IMG/VR virus record: IMGVR_UViG_3300021431_000002
Length of the DNA stretch: 64,000 nt
Direction: 5' to 3' (one strand)
Source: a virus
Taxonomy: Duplodnaviria > Heunggongvirae > Uroviricota > Caudoviricetes
Below, piece after piece: positions 40,357-48,923 of this stretch. The position numbers and the translations under genes are program-made. The notes under the pieces are model-generated. The model did no database searches and was not told the DNA's origin. It worked only from the letters and a program-made list of their open reading frames with translations. How positions within the stretch are numbered: the stretch's first letter is position 1; each line of letters begins with the position of its first letter.

Positions 40357-42381
40357 TTATCTAAACTCATTGATTGACCAATGTACAAGACCGTCAACAC
40401 GAACATGTCCATAGTAACGGTTGTTAACCATCTTCTTAGCGTAACGAGTCATAATACCCTTTACTGGTGCGAAGTTGAATGGGTTGTACATAGTAGGAGT
40501 CAACTGCATTGGCACATATGGTGCATAGATGTAACCTGTGTCAAGAAGTGACTTACCCTTGTGACCAATGATAATTGACCAGTGTGGGCTATATGGGTCA
40601 CGATATACAGTGTAACGTCCGCTTAATGAACCAATCTTCTCAATACCCATGTTGTACTGGTCGCTCTCTGCTGAAGCATCTGATACGTGGAAGTACTCAA
40701 GGTTATCGAACAATGCGCTGATTTCAGAAGATACAACAATGAAGTTTGCACCACCACGAAGTGTTGACTTGTGAATCTGTGCAGAAATCTGGTTAATCTT
40801 AGTCATCAACTCTTGGTTCCAGTCTTTCTGAGTATAGTTAGTTGAGAATGCAGCCATACGTCTCCAACCATTTACATCCCAACGAGCCTGCCAAGGAGCA
40901 CCCTTACGCAAGTCACGAAGAATCTCACGGTCAATTTCTGCTGCAATCTGCTCTGAAAGGATTGCTGTCAACTCAGCCTCTGCGTCAATATTGTGGAATG
41001 CAGAAACGTCTTGTGCCAACTCTGGAGACCATGTAGCACGAAGTTTTCTCTCCTCTACTGATACAGTTACTGAATCCAACTTGAAGCTAACCTCACCAAT
41101 TTCAGTCTCAAGCTCAAGAGAATCATACTGTGCCCAAGCAATTTTGAACAATGACTTCAAAGCATCTTTAGTTGCTTGTGGGTCATCTACTGTGATTGCT
41201 GCGTCCAATTGTGCTGCATCAACACCGATATAACCATCGATTGTACCAGCTTGCTGAACAACTGGTTTAGCCAAATCCAACTCAATATACATTTTGCCTT
41301 CAGCATCACAAGCTGCGCCATATTCTACGATACCTTTACCATATTTCTGAGTAACAACTCTGAAAGGAACTGACTCAAACTTACGGAAAGCAGCAGTCAT
41401 AACGCTGTCAGAACCAGGAGCAGCAGCAGCTGTAAACTCTTTCTGAGTAATAACTTTCAAAGATGCAAGGAAGCCTTCTGTATCCATTTCGTTACCATCA
41501 GGACCAGTCAATTTGCTTGCATTGAATGAAGAGAAACCATCAATCTCAAGGATTAAGTTACGAATAGTTCCGTCAAAACCACTCTTGAAATACTTATTAA
41601 GGTTGTCAGCTCCGAATGGACGAACACCACCAGGTGTCAAAAATGCAGGAATAGCTTCACCAACTTTAATGGTAACTTTACCCTTAGAGTTGTCATACAA
41701 GAAGTCATTGTAGAATAAGTCATACAAACTCTTCTGGAAATACTGAGTTACCTCAGGACCAGCTTGACGAAGTGCTGTTACACCAAGACCAGCGGCTTGA
41801 GCCTCTGCAAGAGCTGCATCATAATCCTTTGCGTCTGCTACGGTCTGATTCAACTGTGGTACGTACCACTGATTTTTGTTAAGTTCATTAATTGTCTCAT
41901 CTGGGAGATAGTATCTTGGCTCAACACGACCTTCCTTATTACGGTTAACTCTGTCATAGCCCATAAGACCCTTATGACGACCAGTAGTTCCATCATAGAT
42001 GTCACCTGGTTCACCAGCAGCACCTTCTGGAAGTTCCCACTCTCTCTCTGAAGTAACAGGAAGAATGAAGAACAACTTACCAACTGGAAGGTTCATTGCT
42101 TGAACTGATACAATATCATTAGCAAGAAGCTTGCTAAATACCCTACGAATGATAGGGAATACAACGGTCTCGAATGAACCGCTATTATCTGAAGCAGTAG
42201 CCTCGTAAATCAAGTGCTTTGCCTCATTTTCATACAATGTAGCAACATTCTCCTTAATACCCTCTGGAAGACCCTCGGTGAATCCAAGTTCATCCCAACG
42301 GTGCTGAATGCTCTCACGTATCTGTTTTTGTGCGTTGTACTCGATATTACCAACTACACCACTTGATAAAAATTCTTTCAT
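40357..42381 (-). CDS. Major capsid protein (T4 gp23-like)
   Basis: IIRRV...VSVQAMNLPVG, RKLRATWSPELAQD..AFHNIDAEAEL..ILSEQIAAEIDREI, GYIYAPYVP, GIMTRY. Confidence 0.97.
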   Translation of the reverse strand: MKEFLSSGVVGNIEYNAQKQIRESIQHRWDELGFTEGLPEGIKENVATLYENEAKHLIYEATASDNSGSFETVVFPIIRRVFSKLLANDIVSVQAMNLPVGKLFFILPVTSEREWELPEGAAGEPGDIYDGTTGRHKGLMGYDRVNRNKEGRVEPRYYLPDETINELNKNQWYVPQLNQTVADAKDYDAALAEAQAAGLGVTALRQAGPEVTQYFQKSLYDLFYNDFLYDNSKGKVTIKVGEAIPAFLTPGGVRPFGADNLNKYFKSGFDGTIRNLILEIDGFSSFNASKLTGPDGNEMDTEGFLASLKVITQKEFTAAAAPGSDSVMTAAFRKFESVPFRVVTQKYGKGIVEYGAACDAEGKMYIELDLAKPVVQQAGTIDGYIGVDAAQLDAAITVDDPQATKDALKSLFKIAWAQYDSLELETEIGEVSFKLDSVTVSVEERKLRATWSPELAQDVSAFHNIDAEAELTAILSEQIAAEIDREILRDLRKGAPWQARWDVNGWRRMAAFSTNYTQKDWNQELMTKINQISAQIHKSTLRGGANFIVVSSEISALFDNLEYFHVSDASAESDQYNMGIEKIGSLSGRYTVYRDPYSPHWSIIIGHKGKSLLDTGYIYAPYVPMQLTPTMYNPFNFAPVKGIMTRYAKKMVNNRYYGHVRVDGLVHWSINEFR

Positions 42382-42450
42382 ATAGATAAATGAAGTTTAT
42401 TTAACTTATTATTTTTTAATATAAATATACACAAGAATTAAAAAGTGCGA

Positions 42451-43998
42451 TTATTTCATCATTCTGTGCATTAAATCAAGAGAATCTAACACATCTTTTG
42501 ACTGGTAGATTTTTGTCTCATTGATTTTCTTTGAACCTTCAACTGTAAGAGACTTGTCTTCAGTGATGTTCATTTTCTTTGATTTCTGAAGGTCTCTGCT
42601 AATTGACTCATAGAGTGTTTTAGATGCATCTACTGTCTTAGCCTCTTTTGAGAATCTTGAAATAATCTCTTTCTTCTCATCTTGTGTTGTTGAGTTTTCA
42701 GAAATCAACTTGATTATCATACCAAGATTGTGGTTTGTAACGGCAGCCTCCTTCAATGACTTCATCACGTCAGTTAAAGTAGATTTTAATTCCTTGTTTT
42801 CGCTAAGTGCTTTATTCGCTCTCTTCATAAAGCTCTCTGATACTGAATCTTCCTCGCCACCGCTATAACGTGGTGTTACAGTACCCTTAACTCTCTTACC
42901 ACCCTTACTCATTGAACGAGCATTACGTCCGTTTGAGTTTGGAACGTGAGACTTAGATGTGCTGTTCTGCTGTACGAATCCACCAACGTTTGTTGCTTCC
43001 TCAACTGGCGCATCAACGTTGCCACATTCTTCCATTGAACCTTCTACATCCTCACCCTCTTCAATCTGCTTTCCTTTTTCAGCATTGAATGGTTTGTCTG
43101 CTTTACTTTTCTTGCCTGGGTATCCACTCCAAGGTTTCTCAGTTCCGTGAGGAACACCAGCGTCCCAGTCGTTTACATTTTTACCTGGCTCTGACATGCC
43201 TGGATTTGTCATTACATCTTTTTTCTGATAATTGTCAGTGTATCCTACATTTGAATCGTACTCTAATACTAATTCAAACATTCTTTCTGTTGATTCATTC
43301 ATATCGTCATAATCATTTTCATAATCATCTTCTGCACCGAAATCATCAGCACCTTCATCATCTGTAATTACATCATCATCACTTGAGTTGGATGCAGCAA
43401 CATCTGTCGCTTCTCCATTATCACCAAGATTGATTAGGTACTCAGCTCCAGTTTCATTGTCTTGAATGTTTACGTTGCCATTATCGTCCTTATGAACGAG
43501 TATCTGGTCATCATTCTTCATTAGCTTGTAAACCTTTACGATTTCCTCGTCTTCCGCATTTGAAAAGTCATACTCATCGTCTGATATTTTATATTTATCA
43601 AACTCTGCCCATCCGTCACCATCTTCGCTTGATTCGTCACCCTCTACGCTTGCATCATCAATGCTAGTGTCATCACTATTAGTGTCATCACCACCATCAA
43701 TTACTGCATCGTCAGTTGGCTCATCTGCTTCCTTACCAGTGTCAGCGTCCTCTACGCCATCCGTAGAGGCATCTACTGAATCAGCATCATTTGTAATATC
43801 AGAACTAGTATCTTCCACTTCCTCTTCTTCGTAGTCCTTGTCATCGTCCTCAGACAATAACTTGGCATATGTATCACGTACAGCCTCATCTAAAAGAGTC
43901 TTGACTGCACTTTCAGTATTTTCCCTCAAAGAATTAGCGAGTGTATTGTAATCCAATAAAGATTCTTTCACTACTTTGCTTCTAATATTTTTATTCAT
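42451..43998 (-). CDS. Prohead core scaffold (gp22-like)
   Basis: Acidic protein directly upstream of the MCP with many xxE motifs (VKE, LRE, LKE, ITE, INE). Confidence 0.7.
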   Translation of the reverse strand: MNKNIRSKVVKESLLDYNTLANSLRENTESAVKTLLDEAVRDTYAKLLSEDDDKDYEEEEVEDTSSDITNDADSVDASTDGVEDADTGKEADEPTDDAVIDGGDDTNSDDTSIDDASVEGDESSEDGDGWAEFDKYKISDDEYDFSNAEDEEIVKVYKLMKNDDQILVHKDDNGNVNIQDNETGAEYLINLGDNGEATDVAASNSSDDDVITDDEGADDFGAEDDYENDYDDMNESTERMFELVLEYDSNVGYTDNYQKKDVMTNPGMSEPGKNVNDWDAGVPHGTEKPWSGYPGKKSKADKPFNAEKGKQIEEGEDVEGSMEECGNVDAPVEEATNVGGFVQQNSTSKSHVPNSNGRNARSMSKGGKRVKGTVTPRYSGGEEDSVSESFMKRANKALSENKELKSTLTDVMKSLKEAAVTNHNLGMIIKLISENSTTQDEKKEIISRFSKEAKTVDASKTLYESISRDLQKSKKMNITEDKSLTVEGSKKINETKIYQSKDVLDSLDLMHRMMK

Positions 43999-44120
43999 TT
44001 AGAAAATAGATTTAATACATTATTTTAAATATAAATATTACATAATAACAAAAAAATATCACTTAATGTTTTTTAATTCGTTGTAATTATGCTTTGTATA
44101 TTATAAATATTTGGTTTGTG

Positions 44121-44133
44121 ATAAATATTTATA
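44121..44133. promoter_or_regulatory. Palindromic putative late promoter between divergent scaffold and protease genes
   Basis: ATAAATATTTATA; further minus-strand copies at 44030 and 44102. Confidence 0.55.
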
Positions 44134-44149
44134 ATAAAAATTAATAAAA

Positions 44150-44860
44150 ATGAAAAAAAATGAATTAGATATAATTAAAGAGGGTAAAACTGGTCATGGT
44201 ATTCTAATTGAAAACGATGGATTTATGTTTTTGAAAAACACAAAAGAAAACCAAATGATTAGGGAAGGAATAGAAAATGGTGAATGGAATATCCCATACC
44301 CATTTGTCGTAGACGCTGTTTTCCAAAAATTCGGCATTAAAAATGCTAATGGTAGAATATATCCAGAGGAAGTATTAAAAAAACAAGTTGAATTATATCA
44401 GCAGAAAATTGACGAAAGAAGGGCATTGGGCGAATTAAATCACCCAGCAGAAAGTACCATTGACCTAGATAGAATTGCAATAAATATAGTAGAATTACAC
44501 TGGGAAGGAAGAACCCTTGTCGGAAAACTAGAAATTAACACATCATATGGTTTCAGAAAATATGGTATGGTGACAACACGCGGAGACCAGATGGCGAACC
44601 TTCTCATCAATGGATATAAAATTGGTGTATCATCAAGAGGTGTTGGGTCAGTAGAACAAAAACTAGGACAATACATTGTTGGTGATGACTTTGAATTAAT
44701 ATGTTGGGATGTTGTCAGTGACCCTAGTACAAATAATGCCTTTATATCAATGAATGGCGAGGAAGAAATGGGTCTTTGGATTGAAAAAAATGTGGTAAAT
44801 AATAATAAAACACCTATTAACGAAAAAATAAATAAAATTAAAAATATTTTGAATTCTTAA
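44150..44860 (+). CDS. Prohead protease (T4 gp21-like)
   Basis: KNANGRIYP, ALGELNHP, IGVSSRGVGS, WDVVSDPS. Confidence 0.95.
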   Translation: MKKNELDIIKEGKTGHGILIENDGFMFLKNTKENQMIREGIENGEWNIPYPFVVDAVFQKFGIKNANGRIYPEEVLKKQVELYQQKIDERRALGELNHPAESTIDLDRIAINIVELHWEGRTLVGKLEINTSYGFRKYGMVTTRGDQMANLLINGYKIGVSSRGVGSVEQKLGQYIVGDDFELICWDVVSDPSTNNAFISMNGEEEMGLWIEKNVVNNNKTPINEKINKIKNILNS

Positions 44861-45039
44861 TGTTTTTTTATATAAAAGAACACAATATTCCAATAATATA
44901 TATTTTCAATAAATTCCATTCTTTGCATAGACTCGATGAGCATTTCAATCATATGTATGACGATGCCTTGTTTATTGAGGATATAATTGAAGATAACAAC
45001 ATTCTATTAAACGAAATAAAAAAGCGAAGTCTCATTTAA
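44860..45039 (+). pseudogene. Remnant C-terminus of a Zn-ribbon endonuclease
   Basis: 59 aa, KEHNIPIIYIF...LLNEIKK; compare KEHNVRILYY...LLEEIKK in 27553-28503. Confidence 0.5.
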
Positions 45040-45058
45040 AGGCTTCGCTTTATTTTTC

Positions 45059-45457
45059 TCATATGTTGTCAATTCTGACCATAAATGCATCTGTCATACT
45101 ACCTCTGTTAGAAATAAAATGTACACTGTTTTTCCTAGGAGAAAAATTTATTACTGCATCTATAAATTCTTGTCTGCTTTTGTGTATACCGTTTTTAGGG
45201 TAGCAAGTATAAACAGTATAATTTCCCATATCTTTTGTTGCTGAATGACCCCATCCGCATAGTTTCTCTGCTTTTAGCAATCCTTGAATCATTCCATTAT
45301 TTGATTGGCTTCTATATTCATCAACCCCATCTTGGTCAAGAAACATATCCATTTGCCCATCTGGGTAAACCCCACCAATTTCTTTTATGATTCTTTTAAC
45401 AGAATTGCCAACTATCCTATGTAAGTCATTTTCAGTTAACCTTATTATTCTTACCAT
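45059..45457 (-). CDS. LTESDL-leader protein
   Basis: MVRIIRLTENDLHRIVGNSVKRIIKE. Confidence 0.75.
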   Translation of the reverse strand: MVRIIRLTENDLHRIVGNSVKRIIKEIGGVYPDGQMDMFLDQDGVDEYRSQSNNGMIQGLLKAEKLCGWGHSATKDMGNYTVYTCYPKNGIHKSRQEFIDAVINFSPRKNSVHFISNRGSMTDAFMVRIDNI

Positions 45458-45487
45458 AATTTTAAATAAACAATAGTTTTTATTTTT

Positions 45488-45865
45488 TTACCAACTGCCA
45501 CGATATAAATCTCCGTCAGACGGACTATCGTTAACTTGGTTTACATCATCCCTATACCAATCTGGGTCTTCCTCATACCCTTCTGCTTCATCATCATTCC
45601 AACCTAGTACATTGCTGTCTTGGTTATAATGTGTTGGGTCAAACTGCTCTTCTCCCTCTGCCCCCCAATCGTGCTGATTTCTGAATTCATTCTCAGCCTC
45701 GTATCTATCAATCTGGTCTTCAAATGGCTCATAGTTGTTCATGACTGAATTGTCATCACCTTGACGCCAGTCATTTCCTAGAATATCTTCTTTTAATATC
45801 CTAGATACTGAATTCCTAATAATCCTATGTAAGTCAGATTCTGTTAATCTTATAATCCTTTTCAT
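45488..45865 (-). CDS. LTESDL-leader protein with acidic body
   Basis: MKRIIRLTESDLHRIIRNSVSRILKE. Confidence 0.75.
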   Translation of the reverse strand: MKRIIRLTESDLHRIIRNSVSRILKEDILGNDWRQGDDNSVMNNYEPFEDQIDRYEAENEFRNQHDWGAEGEEQFDPTHYNQDSNVLGWNDDEAEGYEEDPDWYRDDVNQVNDSPSDGDLYRGSW

Positions 45866-45904
45866 ATTTAATTTAGGTAATTATATGTTATTTGACCCTA
45901 CTTG

Positions 45905-46162
45905 TTAAATACTTGATATGGAATCTTTCATTCTAATACTAGATAATATTCCTTGTAGAGTATTTATCATAGAATGTATCTCTTGTCTATACGAATAGGG
46001 GACTTTACCCTCTAAATCATATAAATTATGCATTTCATTTCTAATAAGCTGTTCATAATTAGCATCATAATCATAAATATCGCTTTCGTTTAGAACATTT
46101 TTAATTGTTTCTTTAACTATTTTATGAACATCTTGTTCTGTAAGTTTAATTCTTTTTTTCAT
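45905..46162 (-). CDS. LTESDL-leader protein
   Basis: MKKRIKLTEQDVHKIVKETIKNVLNE; TATTTATA at 46181. Confidence 0.75.
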   Translation of the reverse strand: MKKRIKLTEQDVHKIVKETIKNVLNESDIYDYDANYEQLIRNEMHNLYDLEGKVPYSYRQEIHSMINTLQGILSSIRMKDSISSI

Positions 46163-46198
46163 ATATCTTATATATTTTAATATAAATATAACATAAGA

Positions 46199-46633
46199 TT
46201 ACTTTCTTTTCTCCACAGTAAATCCATTTTCCTTGAAAAGGTAAACTAAGTTGTTGACAACCGTGCTTACTTTATTAGAAAGCATTTCTTTCAAATCCTT
46301 TAGTTTCTTTACATCAGAATCATTCTGCCTCAGATAGAAATCAAATGATAGAAACTTTTTGTTGCCAATATTGAATTTATCGGTATTGATGTCAAAATCC
46401 AATATAAACCTATTAGTAAAATTTATTTCGTCAATCAAAAATAACTTTATGCTTTTTTTCATTTCTTTCTCTATCCTCGATATGACATATTCATAATCCA
46501 TTTGATGTTTTGGGGATACCCAGCATTTTCCACTTACATAAATAACTTGTGGATTGTCTTTGTTGACACTACCGTATTTTACAATCACATGATTGCATAC
46601 ATCTAACTTATATTCCTTATTTAAACGCTTCAT
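46199..46633 (-). CDS. Hypothetical protein
   Basis: ORF with a TTG-N19-TATATTTT motif upstream. Confidence 0.7.
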   Translation of the reverse strand: MKRLNKEYKLDVCNHVIVKYGSVNKDNPQVIYVSGKCWVSPKHQMDYEYVISRIEKEMKKSIKLFLIDEINFTNRFILDFDINTDKFNIGNKKFLSFDFYLRQNDSDVKKLKDLKEMLSNKVSTVVNNLVYLFKENGFTVEKRK

Positions 46634-46819
46634 TTGTTATATTGTTTAGTACATATAAAATATAACAATTTTTTGGTAAAAATCAATAGGCGGTATTAAA
46701 TAAAATGAGCGAATCGGAATTATTCGCTCATATATTTGACAAGTCAATTGGACTTGTTAAAAGTAGCTTGAGATTAGAGGCAGATTGATAGCTGCTCTTT
46801 ATATATAATTTTTTGTGCT

Positions 46820-47200
46820 TTAACCATAGTACCCCAATTTTCTCAATCTTTCAGTTCTTCTTGAACGCTCTTCTGGATGAGAGTTTAAATATTCTGTGTA
46901 TCCATTAGCATATTCTTTATATAGAGGATTTGTAATCATTCCGTGTTCATCTGTGTCATTTCCCAAAGATGAACGCTTTTGTTTTGCATAGTTATATATT
47001 TCTCCTCCATTGTCTGATTGACTCTTAAACAAGTCATCAATTGTGCCACCATTCGCATTAATTACTTTTCTTGCTTGTAATGCCCCTAATCTTCTTTGTC
47101 CTCCTTCTGTGTTGCCGATTTCATTCAAAATTCTATTCACAGACTCTTTCACAATCTTATGAAGGTCTGATTCTGTAAGCCTTATAAGTTTTTTATTCAT
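46820..47200 (-). CDS. LTESDL-leader protein
   Basis: MNKKLIRLTESDLHKIVKESVNRILNE. Confidence 0.75.
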   Translation of the reverse strand: MNKKLIRLTESDLHKIVKESVNRILNEIGNTEGGQRRLGALQARKVINANGGTIDDLFKSQSDNGGEIYNYAKQKRSSLGNDTDEHGMITNPLYKEYANGYTEYLNSHPEERSRRTERLRKLGYYG

Positions 47201-47228
47201 ATTTCTATACGTATTTTCTAAATAAATA

Positions 47229-48554
47229 TCATTCATTTTCGTTTTCTTCTCTAGGGTTAATCAAAATATGTTCCTCATCAATTGGTTCATCAATTGCCAC
47301 CTCTGGTAGTACGCTATCAATTGCTACCTCTGGGTCGTATCCAACCAACGTCACCTCGGATGCTTTTTCAATGTCATCCCTACTGATTCTAACCATTATA
47401 TTATCGCCATTAATGAATTTTATATCGTTTTCCAAATTCATTAACTCACCGTTCACCAACAGTTTGAAATCGAATACATTTTTTGTTTCTACTGATTCAA
47501 GAACCATATCTTTGTCTATTTCAAATTCAAGTTCTGTCACACAATCGAAATTCATTATAACCTTCATTATTTTGTTATAATATCTGTCGGGTTTCTTTTC
47601 GCAGCAATCGTCAGCGTCACTCGTTTCCTCAAATATTTCTGAAGGTTTGTCTGTTGGTATCATATCTGGCACTGGGCAGTTTTCATCATCATTCACCAAT
47701 GACTCAATTTTGAATTTCTGTTCCTCATCTAGTTTGAACGTCATAAATGTAACTTTTTCTTCATCCCTTCTGTTCTTACCTCTGCGATGAATGATACCAG
47801 TAGCATCTGAATCACGCCAAGGCATTAAAAACCTAGATGGAATTCTTTCTACCTTGTAGTCTTCTTTTCTTATTATATAACCCCTTACTTTGACCTTATA
47901 TGTCTGTGAATAGTATTTACGGTCATCAATTGCATACTCAGAATTATCGGAAACGTCCTCAAGCGTCATTGACATTGGATGACCATTAGGAGATATATAG
48001 CAATCAATTGCACTAAATTCATAGTGCATAAGCTCGTTCATTTCATTTATTATCTCCATTTTGTTAGCAACAATGGAAATCGAATAAATGAAATTTACTT
48101 GAAACGGCTGTTTCATCGTGTATTTGTCGTAAGCCTCTGTTCCATTTTCTTGTAATACTGGAACATAAAACATTGCAAAATCCTTATGCCCAGGAATATT
48201 GAAATAGTTTCCTTGGCTTTCACCTTTCTGAGGGTTATTCTCACGTGTAACAGTTTTGAAATTTATAATTGGGTTACCAGTTTCGTCTTGTTTATCCCAT
48301 TCTTGAATGTATTCACTAAGTCTTTGCGTACTGTATAGTTTATATGTAGGAAGCCTTTTTCCATCATACGTTATCTGTATGTGTTCTTCCACCCACCTAA
48401 ACATTGCTTCATCTATGTCAGAATATTCAATTGGTAAGGGAAATGGAGTTCCTTTTTCCAATATCATTTTTGACATATTACGTCTGCGCTCAACACCAAA
48501 TGCATGGTGTCTGAGTTTCAATTTATCCATATATGGTTTTGGCTGTATTAGCAT
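47229..48554 (-). CDS. Tail terminator/neck protein (gp15-like) with C-terminal extension
   Basis: PIINF...QPFQVNFIYSISI...EMNE...Y.VKVRGYI; head-module location. Confidence 0.45.
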   Translation of the reverse strand: MLIQPKPYMDKLKLRHHAFGVERRRNMSKMILEKGTPFPLPIEYSDIDEAMFRWVEEHIQITYDGKRLPTYKLYSTQRLSEYIQEWDKQDETGNPIINFKTVTRENNPQKGESQGNYFNIPGHKDFAMFYVPVLQENGTEAYDKYTMKQPFQVNFIYSISIVANKMEIINEMNELMHYEFSAIDCYISPNGHPMSMTLEDVSDNSEYAIDDRKYYSQTYKVKVRGYIIRKEDYKVERIPSRFLMPWRDSDATGIIHRRGKNRRDEEKVTFMTFKLDEEQKFKIESLVNDDENCPVPDMIPTDKPSEIFEETSDADDCCEKKPDRYYNKIMKVIMNFDCVTELEFEIDKDMVLESVETKNVFDFKLLVNGELMNLENDIKFINGDNIMVRISRDDIEKASEVTLVGYDPEVAIDSVLPEVAIDEPIDEEHILINPREENENE

Positions 48555-48598
48555 AACTTATATTTTATCAATAAATAGTGTTAAAAGCATTTAAAATA

Positions 48599-48630
48599 TT
48601 TGGTCAAATGAATTATTTTTCGTATATTTG
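48599..48630 (+). promoter_or_regulatory. Orphan Bacteroidota sigma-A-type promoter
   Basis: TTTG-N20-TATATTTG with no credible gene downstream. Confidence 0.6.
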
Positions 48631-48660
48631 CACAACCGAATAATATATGATTATAAAAAC

Positions 48661-48694
48661 AAAATGGCTGAGAAACGAATCTCAGCCATTTTTT
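48661..48694. terminator. Bidirectional terminator
   Basis: AAAATGGCTGAGA-AACGAA-TCTCAGCCATTTT. Confidence 0.8.
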
Positions 48695-48918
48695 CATCTT
48701 GATAACTTATCAAGTCTGCTTATTATATCCCCAAGCTGTTGAACGACAAACACGTTTTTAGTTAAGCCGTTTTTAAGCATTCTATCATAAATTTCGGAAA
48801 GTGTTTTCTTACAGTTTCTCATTGCTATCAAATCACCCTCCCCCCAATAAAAATTTTCATTAATCATGCACTTACTTTTTAGATAATCATTTATTATTTC
48901 CGTTATAATATCTTTCAT
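48694..48918 (-). CDS. Small late protein with ITE/INE leader
   Basis: MKDIITEIINDYL...MINE. Confidence 0.6.
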   Translation of the reverse strand: MKDIITEIINDYLKSKCMINENFYWGEGDLIAMRNCKKTLSEIYDRMLKNGLTKNVFVVQQLGDIISRLDKLSR

Positions 48919-48923
48919 AACAC

